64,000 nucleotides of DNA from Eledone cirrhosa (lineage: Eukaryota). Made by a program: the position numbers and the translations under genes. The stretch spans positions 25,544,001 through 25,608,000 of the forward strand of contig OZ024758.1 of NCBI GenBank assembly GCA_964016885.1. Reading direction: 5' to 3'. Positions 12,851 through 25,388 of the stretch are shown here, piece after piece. Position 1 is the first letter of the stretch, and the number at the start of each line of letters is the position of its first letter. Below the pieces are notes generated by a model that worked only from the letters and a program-made list of their open reading frames with translations, was not told the origin of the DNA and ran no database searches.

Positions 12851-14567
12851 GTGTTATATATAGAGAGATAAATAAATGTGACTCTCTGTGTTACAGTATT
12901 TTAACTATGGGGTTAAGAAGTTAGTTTCCTAACCACGTAATCTCAGGCTTGACCTTACTACACAACATATTGGGCAAGTTTCTTCTGCCATATACTCATA
13001 ACCTACCCTATGTGTGGAACTCCATTGCTATTCGGTAGTTAACTTAGTCTATCTTCTGGTTTAATACCACCACCAGGCTATTGAGTTCTTTTAATGAGAT
13101 ATAAACTATTACAAGACTAGGCATCTTTCAACCTTGTAATTTATATCTTGGCTCTAATAGGAAGTCATAATAGTTTCTGATTTAGACACAAGTCCAACAA
13201 TGTTTTGAAGGAGGGGAAAGTAGATGAAATTAACCTCAGTGTATTACTGGTACTTTATTTTATCTACCCTGTAAGAATGAAAGACAAAGCTAACCTTGAT
13301 GGGATTTAAACTCAGAACATAAAGGGACATAATTTTATAATTGTTTCTACTTTTGGCACAAGGCCAGCAATTATCCCAGTGTATTACTGGTACTTTATTT
13401 TATCGACCCTATAAGGATGAAAGGCAACTAATTATATAATGCTCTACTAATAGTACCAACCCACTGCCCTTTAGATAATAAATAAAAAGGAAGCATACAA
13501 CTCTGTGGATAAGAAACTGGAACTTATAAGGAAGCTACAGGCTGGTGCTATTATTTTTATTTTTACAGACTTTAATGATAAAAAAAATTGTAAATTATAT
13601 ATATTTGTTTTATATAGTTATATGATGCTTATAGTATTTTTTGTAATTTTATAACTGTGTATTATGTTCATCAGAGGGTGTATCTATTCCAAATATGATA
13701 TGCTCATCATCATCATCATCACCATCATCACCATTTAATGTCCATTTTTCCACACTAGCATGGGTTAGATGAGTTGTCCCATTGTGAGACAAGTCAGGTC
13801 AGATGACCATGTCTTGCTCATCTAGAACTCTTTCTGATTTGGTTTCTATGGCCCTTCTTAAAAGCAACCACATTTACAGTGTGGACTGGTCGTTTTTTAT
13901 CATATCACCAACATATCTCCCTTTACAGTGTGGTTGGGCACTTTTTGTTGTGTCACCTACACGACCACTTTACACTGTGGTCTGGGTGCTTTTTATCGTG
14001 GCACCAAAATGACCACTTTATAGTGTAGACGCAATCACTTTACAGTGTGGACTTGGCGCTATTTGTCGTGTCACCAAAATGACCACTATACAGTGTGGGC
14101 TGGTGGTTAACTCAGACTATCAGCTAAAATAGACCTCCTTCCCTCCTATAGTATATTTTAACAAGGTTGCACATTATCATCATCATCATCAGTTATTTCC
14201 CTCCTAAACAGGTCAGAAGACATGTTGCTCATATGTCCCAATTTCAGCCTGGTTTCTAGTGTAGCATCAGCACTTGAAAGTTTGTCGTGGTAAAATACAC
14301 CCAGTACACTCTGTAAATCAGAAGATCGGTGATGCAAGAGTTTCTAGATTGCAAAGCAGTGTGTAAAGATGTTGAGGAAAAGTGTGTATGGAGTGATAGT
14401 GGCACACCTTCTCTTATGGATGAAATGGAGAAAGAGCCTTGAAAACATAATGATGAAATGTTGCTAAATGTGGTGAGTGTGTAGTAGGAAGTGAGACTGT
14501 TCCAAGTAGACCCAACAAAGGGACCAGCTATTAAGGTTGACAGTTATATGGTTGAAATAGCCATTAA

Positions 14568-15108
14568 CCCTTTAGCATTCACATTACTCTATATATACTG
14601 AATGGAGGCACATGGCTTAGTGGTTAGAGCATTGGCCTTGCAATCGAAAGGTTGTGAGTTCAATTCTCAGACCGGGTGATGTGTTGTTTCCTTGAGCAAG
14701 ACACTTTATTTCACATTGCTCCAGTTTACTCAGCTGTAGAAATGAGATGATAGGGACTGGGGTCCCTATCATTCCACTGCAAAGTGATCGTGGAGGTGCC
14801 ACGGCAAAAAAGCACCCATCACTCACTGTAAATGAGGTTGGTGTGAGGAAGGGCATCCAGCTGTAGAAATCAAGCCAGAATCAGTTCCCGTCCCACCCTT
14901 GCAAGCAGGGAAAAAGCGGACGTAAAATGAAATGATGATGATGATACTATTATATTTTCATGGTAAATGTTTTACCTCACATAATATCGAATCTATGAGA
15001 TTTTGAAAGTATTTATTTTGAGAACTAAACCTTAACATCAGTTTGAGAGACCAGTTACAGCCAGTTTCAACAGAAAGAGGTAGAGAATTCTGGCTGGTTT
15101 TGGCCGGG
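14568..15108. mobile_element. piggyBac-type MITE inside RTE, interrupted by SINE B
   Basis: TTAA CCCTTTAGCATT left end; GGG TTAA right end; RTE reading resumes across the TTAA. Confidence 0.75.
14603..14945 (+). mobile_element. Full-length SINE family B
   Basis: Head GGAGGCACATGGCTTAGTGGTTAGAGC (box A), GAGTTCAATTCT (box B), RTE-like tail, short TSD ATACT. Confidence 0.85.
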
Positions 15109-15632
15109 TTAAAGATATGAAGGCAAGGAAATTGGCCACCCATCAGAAATATTCACTGAAATTCTGAAAATATCTGGTGAAGCAGGGTTCAAGCTAGTCT
15201 CTCACCGTCAATTAGGTAGTTTAGAAGGCTGTCACACCCAATGACTGGTGCAGCAGTAGTATCATTGTCATCATCATCATCAATTGCTACAGGAACAAAG
15301 GAAATACTTGAGAAAGAAGGACCTATAAGGGAAGCAAACTTAAGAATTAACTTATGAAAATAATAGAGAAAGTTTTCTAATAGAGAAACTAATTAGGATG
15401 ATAATTAGCTTAAATAAGATACAGTTTGGATTTGTACCAAGTCAAGTTCCTACTGATACCTCTCTTCTTAGTAATACAACTGCAAGAGAAGTTCCTAGCT
15501 CAAGCCACTATACCCAGCATTCATTGATTTTAAGAAGGCCTTTGATAGAGTACCACATTCTTAAGTCTGGTGCTATTTCTAGAAAATTCAGTATAGATGA
15601 ATGGCTTGTAAGAGGGATGGAACTCAGTGTAG

Positions 15633-18600
15633 GTGAATAGCAGGTGAGAGTGGGGCAAGCCTTGTATAAGAATGGCAGGTCAGAGTGGGGCAAGCCTTGT
15701 ATAGGAATGGCAGGTGAGAGTGGGGCAAGACTTGTATAGGAATGGTAGGTGAGAGTGGGGCAAGCCTTGTATAGGAATGGTAGGTGAGAGTGGGGCAAGC
15801 CTTGTATAGGAATGGCAGGTGAAACTGGGGCAAGACTTGTATAGGAATGGCAGGTGAGAGTGGGGCAAGTCTTGTATAAGGATGGTAGGTGAGAGTGGGG
15901 CAAGCCTTGTATAGGAATGGCAGGTCAGAGTGGGGCAAGACTTGTATAGGAATGGCAGGTAAGAGTGGGGCAAGCCTTGTATAGGAATAGTAGGTAAGAG
16001 TGATGCAAGCCTTGTATAAGAATGGCAGGTGAGAGTGGGCCAAGCCTTGTATAGGAATGGTAGGTGAGAGTGGGGCAAGTTTTGTATAGTAATGGTAGGT
16101 GAAAGTGGGGCAAGCTTTGTATTGGAATGGTAGGTGAGAGTGGGGCAAGCCTTGTATAGGAATGGTAGGTGAGAGTGGGGCAAGACTTGTATAGGAATCG
16201 TAGGTGAGAGTGGGGCAAGTCTTGTATAGGAATGGTAGGTGAGAGTGGGGAAAGTCTTGTATAGGAATGGTAGGTGAGAGTGGGGCAAGTCTTGTATAGG
16301 AATGGTAGGTGAGAGTGGGGCAAGTCTTGTATGGGAATGGTAGGTAAGAGTGATACAAGCCTTGTATAGGAATGGTAGGTGAGAGTGGGGCAAGTCTTGT
16401 ATAGGAATGGTAGGTGAGAGTGGGGCAAGCTTTGTATAGGAATGGTAGGTGAGAGTGGGGCAAGCTTTGTATAGGAATGGCAGGTGAGAGTGGTACAGGC
16501 CTTGTATAGGAATGGTAGGTGAGAGTGGGGCAAGCTTTGTATAGGAATGGTAGGTGAGAGTGGGGCAAGCCTTGTATAGGATAGGTAGGTGAGAGTGGGG
16601 CAAGTCTTGTATAGGATAGGTAGGTGAGAGTGGGGCAAGTCTTGTATAGGATAGGTAGGTGAGAGTGGGGCAAGCCTTGTATAGGAATAGTAGGTAAGAG
16701 TGATGCAAGCCTTGTATAAGAATGGCAGGTGAGAGTGGGCCAAGCCTTGTATAGGAATGGTAGGTGAGAGTGGGGCAAGTTTTGTATAGGAATGGTAGGT
16801 GAGAGTGGGGCAAGCTTTGTATTGGAATGGTGGGTGAGAGTGGGGCAAGCCTTGTATAGGAATGGTAGGTGAGAGTGGGGCAAGACTTGTATAGGAATGG
16901 TAGGTGAGAGTGGGGCAAGTCTTGTATAGGAATGGTAGATGAGAGTGGGGCAAGTCTTGTATGGGAATGGTAGGTAAGAGTGATGCAAGCCTTGTATATG
17001 TATGGGAGGTGAGAGTGGGGCAAGTCTTGTATAGGAATGGTAGGTGAGAGTGGGGCAAGCTTTGTATAGGAATGGCAGGTGAGAGTGGTACAGGCCTTGT
17101 ATAGGAATGGTAGGTGAGAGTGGTACAGGCCTTGTATAGGAATGGTAGGTGAGAGTGGGGCAAGTCGTGTATAGGAATGGTAGGTGAGAGTGGTACAGGA
17201 CTTGTATAGGAATGGTAAGTGAGAGTGGTACAGGACTTGTATAGGAATGGTATGTGAGAGTGGGGCAAGTCTTGTATTGGAATGGTAGGTGAGAGTGGGG
17301 CAAGCTTTCTATAGGAATGGTAGGTGAGTGGTACAGGCCTTGTATAGGAATGGTAGGTGAGAGTGGGGCAAGTCTTGTATTGTAATGGTAGGTGAGAGTG
17401 GGCCAAGCCTTGTATAGGAATGGTAGGTGAGAGTGGGGCAAGCCTTGTATAGGAATGGTAGGTGAGAGTGGGGCAAGCTTTGTATAGGAGTGGTAGGTTA
17501 GAGTGGGGCAAGACTTGTATTGGAATGGTAGGTGAGAGTGGGTTAACCCTTGTATAGGAATGGTAGGTAAGAGTGATGCAAGCCTTGTATAAGAATGGCA
17601 GGTGAGAGTGGGCCAAGCCTTGTATAGGAATGGTAGGTGAGAGTGGGGCAAGCTTTGTATAGGAGTGGTAGGTTAGAGTGGGGCAAGACTTGTATTGGAA
17701 TGGTGGGTGAGAGTGGGGCAAGCTTTGTATAGGAATGGTAGGTGAGAGTGGGGCAAGTCTTGTATAGGATAGGTAGGTGAGAGTGGGGCAAGTCTTGTAT
17801 AGGATAGGTAGGTGAGAGTGGGGCAAGTCTTGTATAGGATAGGTAGGTGAGAGTGGGGCAAGTCTTGTATAGGATAGGTAGGTGAGAGTGGGGCAAGCTT
17901 TGTATAGGAATGGTAGGTGAGAGTGGGGCAAGACTTGTATTGGAATGGTAGGTGAGAGTGGGGCAAGCTTTGTATAGGAATGGTAGGTGAGAGTGGGGCA
18001 AGCCTTGTATAGGAATGGTAGGTGAGAGTGGGGTAAGTCTTGTATAGGAATGGTAGGTGAGAGTGGGGCAAGTCTTGTATAGGAATGGTAGGTGAGAGTG
18101 ATGCAAGCCTTGTATAGGAATGGTAGGTGAGAGTGGGGCAAGTCTTGTATTGGAATGGTAGGTGAGAGTGGTACAGGCCTTGTATAGGAATGGTAGGTGA
18201 GAGTGGGGCAAGTCTTGTATTGGAATGGTAGGTGAGAGTGGGGCAAGCCTTCTATAGGAATGGTAGGTGAGTGGTACAAGCCTTGTATAGGAATGGTAGG
18301 TGAGAGTGGGGCAAGTCTTGTATTGTAATGGTAGGTGAGATTGGGGCAAATCTTGTATTGGAATGGTAGGTGAGAGTGTGGCAAGTCTTGTATAGGAATG
18401 GTAGGTGAGAGTGGTACAGGCCTTGTATAGGAATGGTAGGTGAGAGTGGGGCAAGCCTTGTATAGGAATGGCAGGTGAGAGTGGGGCAAGCCTTGTATAG
18501 GAATGGTAGGTGAGAGTGGGGCAAGCTTTGTATAGGAGTGGTAGGTTAGAGTGCGGCAAGACTTGTATTGGAATGGTAGGTGAGAGTGGGGCAAGCTTTG

Positions 18601-21600
18601 TATAGGAATGGTAGGTGAGAGTGGGGCAAGACTTGTATTGGAATGGTAGGTGAGAGTGGGGCAAGCCTTGTATAGGAATGGTAGGTGAGAGTGGGGTAAG
18701 TCTTGTATAGGAATGGTAGGTGAGAGTGGGGCAAGTCTTGTATAGGAATGGTAGGTGAGAGTGGGGCAAGTCTTGTCTAGGAATGGTAGGTGAGAGTGGG
18801 GCAAGTCTTGTATAGGAATGGTAGGTGAGAGTGATGCAAGCCTTGTATAGGAATGGTAGGTGAGAGTGGGGCCAGTCTTGTATAGGAATGGTAGGTGAGA
18901 GTGGGGCAAGTCTTGTATAAGAATGGTAGGTGAGAGTGGAGCAAGTCTTGTATAGGAATGGTAGCTGAGAGTGGGGCAAGCCTTGTATAGGAACGGCAGG
19001 TGAGAGTGGGTTAACCCTTGTATAGGAATGGTAGGTAAGAGTGATGCAAGCCTTGTATAAGAATGGCAGGTGAGAGTGGGCTAAGCCTTGTATAGGAATG
19101 GTAGGTGAGAGTGGGGCAAGCTTTGTATAGGAATGGTAGGTGAGAGTGGGGCAAGACTTGTATTGGAATGGTAGGTGAGAGTGGGGCAAGCCTTGTATAG
19201 GAATGGTAGGTGAGAGTGGGGCAAGCTTTGTATAGGAATGGTAGGTGAGAGTGGGGCAAGACTTGTATTGGAATGGTAGGTGAGAGTGGGGCAAGCCTTG
19301 TATAGGAATGGTAGGTGAGAGTGGGGTAAGTCTTGTATAGGAATGGTAGGTGAGAGTGGGGCAAGTCTTGTATAGGAATGGTAGGTGAGAGTGATGCAAG
19401 CCTTGTATAGGAATGGTAGGTGAGAGTGGGGCAAGTCTTGTATTGGAATGGTAGGTGAGAGTGGTACAGGCCTTGTATAGGAAAGGTAGGTGAGAGTGGG
19501 GCAAGTCTTGTATTGGAATGGTAGGTGAGAGTGGGGCAAGCCTTGTATAGGAATGGTAGGTGAGAGTGTGGCAAGACTTGTATAGGAATGGTAGGTGAGA
19601 GTGGTACAGGCCTTGTATAGGAATGGTAGGTGAGAGTGGGGCAAGCCTTGTATAGGAATGGTAGGTGAGAGTGGGGCAAGTCTTGTATTGGAATGGTAGG
19701 TGAGAGTGGTACAGGCCTTGTATAGGAATGGTAGGTGAGAGTGGGGCAAGTCTTGTATTGGAATGGTAGGTGAGAGTGGGGCAAGCCTTGTATAGGAATG
19801 GTAGGTGAGAGTGGTACAGGCCTTGTATAGGAATGGTAGGTGAGAGTGGGGCAAGCCTTGTATAGGAATGGTAGGTGAGAGTGGGGCAAGCCTTGTATAG
19901 GATAGGTAGGTGAGAGTGGGGAAAGTCTTGTATAGGATAGGTAGGTGAGAGTGGGGCAAGCTTTGTATAGGAATTGTAGGTGAGAGTGAGGCAAGACTTG
20001 TATTGGAATGGTAGGTGAGAGTGGGGCAAGCCTTGTATAGGAATGGTAGGTGAGAGTGGGGTAAGTCTTGTATAGGAATGGTAGGTGAGAGTGGGGCAAG
20101 TCTTGTATAGGATAGGTAGGTGAGAGTGAGGCAAGCCTTGTATAGGAATGGTAGGTGAGCGTGGGGCAAGACTTGCATAGGAATGGTAGGCGAGAGTGGG
20201 GCAAGTCTTGTATAGCAATGGTAGGTGAGAGTGGGGCAGGTCTTGTATGGGAATGGTAGGTGAGAGTGGGGCAAGTCTTGTATAGGAAATGTAAGTAAGA
20301 GTGATGCAAGCCTTGTATAGGAATGGTAGGTGAGAGTGGGGCAAGTCTTGTATAGGATAGGTAGGTGAGAGTGGGGCAAGACTTGTATTGGAATGGTAGG
20401 TGAGAGTGGTACAGGCCTTGTATAGGAATGGTAGGTGAGAGTGGGGCAAGTCTTGTATTGGAATGGTAGGTGAGAGTGGTACAGGCCTTGTATAGGAATG
20501 GTAGGTGAGAGTGGGGCAAGTCTTGTATAGGATAGGTAGGTGAGAGTGGGGCAAGTCTTGTATTGGAATGGTAGGTGAGAGTGGTACAGGCCTTGTATAG
20601 GAATGGTAGGTGAGAGTGGGGCAAGTCTTGTATTGGAATGGTAGGTGAGAGTGTTACAGGCCTTGTATAGGAATGGTAGGTGAGAGTGGGGCAAGTCTTG
20701 TATTGGAATGGTAGGTGAGAGTGGTACAGGACTTGTATAGGAATGGTAGGTGAGAGTGGTACAGGACTTGTATAGGAATGGTAGGTGAGAGTGGTACAGG
20801 ACTTGTATAGGAATGGTAGGGGAGAGTGGGGCAAGTCTTGTATTGGAATGGTAGGTGAGAGTGGGGCAAGCCTTGTATAGGAATGGTAGGTGAGTGGTAC
20901 AGGCCTTGTATAGGAATGGTAGGTGAGAGTGGTACAGGCCTTGTGTAGGAATGGTAGGTGAGAGTGGGGCAAGCCTTGTATAGGAATGGTAGGTGAGAGT
21001 GGGGCAAGCCTTGTATTGGAATGGTAGGTGAGAGTGGGGCAAGCCCTGTATAAGAATGGCAGGTGAGAGTGGGGCAAGCCTTGTATAGGAATGGCAGGTG
21101 AGAGTGGGGCAAGCCTTGTATAGGAATGGTAGGTGAGAGTGGGGCCAGCCTTGTATAGGAATGGCAGGTGAGAGTGGGGCAAGCCTTGTATAGGAATGGT
21201 AGGTAAGAGTGATGCAAGCCTTGTATAAGAATGGCAGGTGAGAGTGGGCCAAGCTTTGTATAGGAATGGTAGGTGAGAGTGGGGCAAGACTTGTATTGGA
21301 ATGGTAGGTGAGAGTGGGGCATGTCTTGTATAGGAATGGTAGGTGAGAGTGGGGCAAGTCTTGTATAGGAATGGTAGGTGAGAGTGGGGCATGTCTTGTA
21401 TAGGAATGGTAGGTGAGAGTGATGCAAGCCTTGTATAGGAATGGTAGGTGAGAGTGGGGCAAGTCTTGTATTGGAATGGTAGGTGAGAGTGGGGCAACTT
21501 GGTGTATAGGAATGGTAGGTGAGAGTGGGGCAACTTTGTGTATAGGAATTGTAGGTGAGAGTGGGGCAACTTGGTGTATAGGAATGGCAGGTGAGAGTGG

Positions 21601-21905
21601 GGCAACTTGGTGTATAGGAATGGTAGGTGAGAGTGGGGCAACTTGGTGCATAGGAGTGGTAGGTGAGAGTGGGGCAACTTGGTGTTTAGGAATGGTAGGT
21701 GAGAGTGGGGCAACTCGGTGTATAGGAATGGTAGGTGAGAGTGGGGCAACTCGGTGTATAGGAATGGTAGGTGAGAGTGGGGCAACTCGGTGTATATGAA
21801 TGGTAGGTGAGAGTGGGGCAACTCGGTGTATAGGAATGGTAGGTGAGAGTGGGGCAACTCGGTGTATAGGAATGGCAGGTGAGAGTGGGGCAAGTCTCGT
21901 CTAGG
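15633..21905. repeat. 35-bp G-rich minisatellite, about 180 copies, derived from RTE RT coding sequence
   Basis: Unit GAATGGTAGGTGAGAGTGGGGCAAGCCTTGTATAG; flanked on both sides by collinear RT sequence. Confidence 0.97.
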
Positions 21906-23121
21906 GATGGCATCAGTAGAGTGAGAGTTGACAATGAATTCAATGAAGAATTTACTGTGCAGGTAGGTGTTCATCAAGGCTCAGTCCTCAGCCCCCTTCT
22001 AGTTATTACAGTTCTTCAGGCCATGACAAAGGAGTTTTAAACTGGTTGTCAATGGGAGCTCCTATATTCTGATAACCTAGATCTTTTAACTGGATCTATA
22101 GATCTAAGAGAAGAAATTCTAGACATGGAAACAAAATCCACTATCAAAATACTCAAAATAAATATAACAAAGACTAAAGATTATACTGAAGTGAAAACCA
22201 AACCAAAACAGTGAGTGTATCTTACTATTTTTGGCAATATTAGGTCATGACCCTCCCCTACGTAGGAAAAAAGACAAGACCTTTTTGCCACCAATCAAAT
22301 GACTGTGCATGATAAATAAAAAATGAGTAGGTAGGAATTCCATATGATGTACTCAATGTAAACTATGAGTACACAAGAGGTGTAGTGGAATTGCCAGCAA
22401 GTTAACAGAAAAGGTAAACATTGTGTGACAGGTGTACAAGATAATTAGCAATCATAGTACTGGTAAAATAAAAATTTTCCAGTGCTTGGAAGACACCATA
22501 GAAATAGCTGATGACTTCTGTTACTTAGGTAACCTAATTAGCAGTGGAGAAGGGTACTCTGAAAACATAATAGCTTAAATATGAACAGGGTGGAAAAAGT
22601 TCAGAGTTATAACCTTTGTTGGCAACAAAGGGATTCTCTCTCCAGGCTAAAAGTAAATTGTATGCTATTTTTGTATGTAGTGCAATGTTACATGGTAACA
22701 AGATATGAGGGTTGAAATCAGAGGATGTGCCAAGACTAGGGAGAAATAGCATAAACATAATTGTTCTTACACACTGGATATGTAATGTTAGTGTGTAAGA
22801 ATGATGAAAGACAGAGGAGTTGAAGTAAAATCTCGGTATAAATGGAGTTGGGTGGTGTGTAAAAGAGAGAAGACTGCGCTGGTATGGACATGTAGTACAT
22901 ATGGTTGATGGAAGTTGGGTAAAGAAGTGCCAGGAATTCCAAGATAAATGTAGCTGTGGTAGAAGACCAACAAAAACTTGGTGAGAAGGGTTGAAAGCTG
23001 ATCTAAGAGTGTTGAACCTCTCAAAGGAATGCAACAAGTAGTGAGAGAGTGTTTTGGAGAAGACCTTTCCAACCCATGCAAGCAAAGAAAGGCAGACATA
23101 AAAAAATCGATAATGATGATC

Positions 23122-23510
23122 ATCATCATCACTGTTTTACATCGGTTCTTCCACGCTAGCATGGGTTAGACGGGTTGTCCTGTTGTGAGCAGTGTCCAGT
23201 CGGATGACCTTGTCTTGCTCATACAGGAACTGATTCTGGCTTGATCTCTACAGCTGGATGCCCTTCCTAACACCAACCTCATTTACAGTGAGTGTTGGGT
23301 GCTTTTATTGCCGTGGCACCTCCACGACCACTTTGCAGTGGAATGATAGGGACCCCAGTCCTATCATCTCATTTCTACAGCTGAGTAAACTGGAGCAATG
23401 TGAAATAAAGTGTCTTGCTCAAGGAAACAACACATCACCCGGTCCGAGAATTGAACTCACATCCTTTTGATTGCAAGATTGCAAGCCCAATGCTCTAACC
23501 ACTAAGCCAT
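23122..23510 (-). mobile_element. SINE family B, long-tail variant
   Basis: SINE B head and body; 3' part matches the RTE 3' UTR at 7850-8028. Confidence 0.8.
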
Positions 23511-23587
23511 AATGATATATATATATATATACCTGCTCTACTTGATGTATTCAATACTCTACTTTAATTTTAGTTCTCCCATCTAAT

Positions 23588-23597
23588 TATATATATG

Positions 23598-23695
<98 letters not shown>

Positions 23696-23765
23696 TGTAT
23701 ATACATATATATATATATATGTATATATATGTATATACATATATATATATATATGTATATATATG

Positions 23766-23812
<47 letters not shown>

Positions 23813-23857
23813 GTATATATATGTATATACATATATATATATATATGTATATATATG

Positions 23858-23898
<41 letters not shown>

Positions 23899-23923
23899 GT
23901 ATATACATATATGTATATATATG

Positions 23924-23954
<31 letters not shown>

Positions 23955-23965
23955 GTATATATATG
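23588..23965. repeat. (TA)n-rich microsatellite
   Basis: Direct inspection. Confidence 0.95.
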
Positions 23966-24080
23966 TAAAAGTTCTATTTAAATTGTTGGGATACAACAAG
24001 CAAATATTTTTATAACTGATATAAAGCACTCAACAAATAATTGGAGTAAAAATACGATATTAACAAATGGAAACTATATT

Positions 24081-24380
24081 TATAAAACCATATTTATTTC
24101 ATTATACATATTTCAAGGACACCAAGTTAAATTATGGTGTGCTTTCATCAGATAAAATATAATATAAATCAGTTTTATAAATAGATATTGACATACCCTT
24201 AAAGAATGCAACTATTACTGTTGGACTCGGGAGCTTCCAACAGTAATGGTTGCATTCTTTAAGGGTATGTAAATATTTATTTATAAAACTGATCTATATT
24301 ATATTTTATCTGATGAAAGCACACCATAATTTAACTTGGTGTCCTTGAAATATGTATAATGAAATAAATATGGTTTTATA
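24081..24380. repeat. Near-perfect inverted repeat (145-bp arms, 10-nt loop); probable Penelope-like element terminus
   Basis: Arms 24081-24225 / 24236-24380; homologous to 43405-43657 and 60820-60943. Confidence 0.9.
24302..24366 (+). ncRNA. Minimal type-I hammerhead ribozyme motif (mirror copy on - strand 24095-24159)
   Basis: TATTTTAT-CTGATGA-AAGc ACACCA..TGGTGT cCTT-GAAA-TATGTA-TA-ATGAAATA: intact core, stems I and II pair. Confidence 0.7.
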
Positions 24381-24404
24381 TGTGTATAAATATGGTTTTA
24401 TATG

Positions 24405-24570
24405 GACACACTAGAAGAGGAAGACCAAGGTTAACGTATGTTGATGCCCTAAGGACAGACACTGGTCTGTTGGAGGCGCAGGACATGGCAGCGATAATGA
24501 GGGACAGAGACCGCTGGAGAGAACTCATCCATGGATCTCGGGAATTTTACCCGCCTTAGATAGAGAAATA
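24405..24570 (+). mobile_element. 3' end of a second RTE-like LINE family
   Basis: GHTRRGRPRLTYVDALRTDTGLLEAQDMAAIMRDRDRWRELIHGSREFYPP* followed by simple-repeat tail. Confidence 0.7.
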
Positions 24571-24579
24571 GATATATAT

Positions 24580-25348
24580 ATCATCATCATCATCATCATC
24601 ATCACCGTTTTACGTCCGTTCTTCCACGCTAGCATGGGTTAGACGGGTTGTCCTGTTGTGGGCAGTGTCTGGTCGGCTGACCATGCCTTGCTCATACAGG
24701 AACTGATCTGGCTTGATTTCTACAGCTGGATGCCCTTCCTAACACCAACCTCATTTACAGTGAGTGCTGGGTGCTTTTTCGTGGCGCCTACACGTCCACT
24801 TTACAGTGTGGGCTGGGTGCTTTTTTGCCGTGGCACCTCCACGACCACTTTGCGGTGGGGGGGGGGGGCATATTGTTTATATGCTTCAGCATGTACCCAT
24901 GGGAGGTCGGGTACCCTGTATTACTGCGTGACGCCAGAAGTCACGGTCGTGTGTCATTGACTTTGAGAGGTGTAGTTGGGTAAGGTCGGCTTTTATCACC
25001 TCATCCCAAGTCATCTTGGGTCTCCCCACTCCGCGGTTTCCATCAACTTCTAGTGCTCTGCACCTTTTTATGCAGCTGTCATCCTTCATACGCATCACAT
25101 GTCCATACCAGCGTAACCGCCTCTCCTGCACGCAGCATTTGATTCCTCTTATGCTCAGTCTCTCTCTCAATTCATTTATGCTTTGTCGTTCGCGTATATT
25201 ACTGTTACACATCCATCGGAGCATGCAGGCTTCGTTTCTCTCTAATCTACGTAAGTCTTCCACCTTCAGCGCCCAGGTCTCACTACCATGCAACATCGCT
25301 GTTCGGATACACGCATCATACAGTCTGCCTTTCATTCTGAGGGAGAAG

Positions 25349-25350
<2 letters not shown>
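24580..25350 (-). mobile_element. 5'-truncated young RTE LINE in (TA)n
   Basis: Open frame GFSLRMKGRLYDACIRTAMLHGSETWAL...RRLRWYGHVMR...GRPKMTW; 3' UTR; (GAT)n tail; both junctions in TA runs. Confidence 0.9.

Positions 25351-25388
<38 letters not shown>

Larger units (their letters stand above)
14320..23120 (+). mobile_element. Decayed RTE LINE hosting a MITE, a SINE and a 6.3-kb minisatellite
   Basis: Collinear RT motifs: GPAIKVDS..AIKDMK (14520-15125), QFGFVP (15420), EWLVR (15600), VGVHQGSVLSPLL (21960), RLRWYGHV (22870), (ATG)n tail near 23110; many stops and frameshifts. Confidence 0.88.

Noticed and set aside
15633-21905. CRISPR-like appearance of the 35-, 40-, 60- and 67-bp arrays
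   Set aside because: No unique spacers, no cas genes, eukaryotic intron context.
15508-21977. Long minus-strand ORFs up to 1003 aa (PHSHLPFLYK... repeats)
   Set aside because: Open in all three frames because the 35-bp unit lacks stops on that strand; the unit derives from + strand LINE sequence; no splice or domain evidence.
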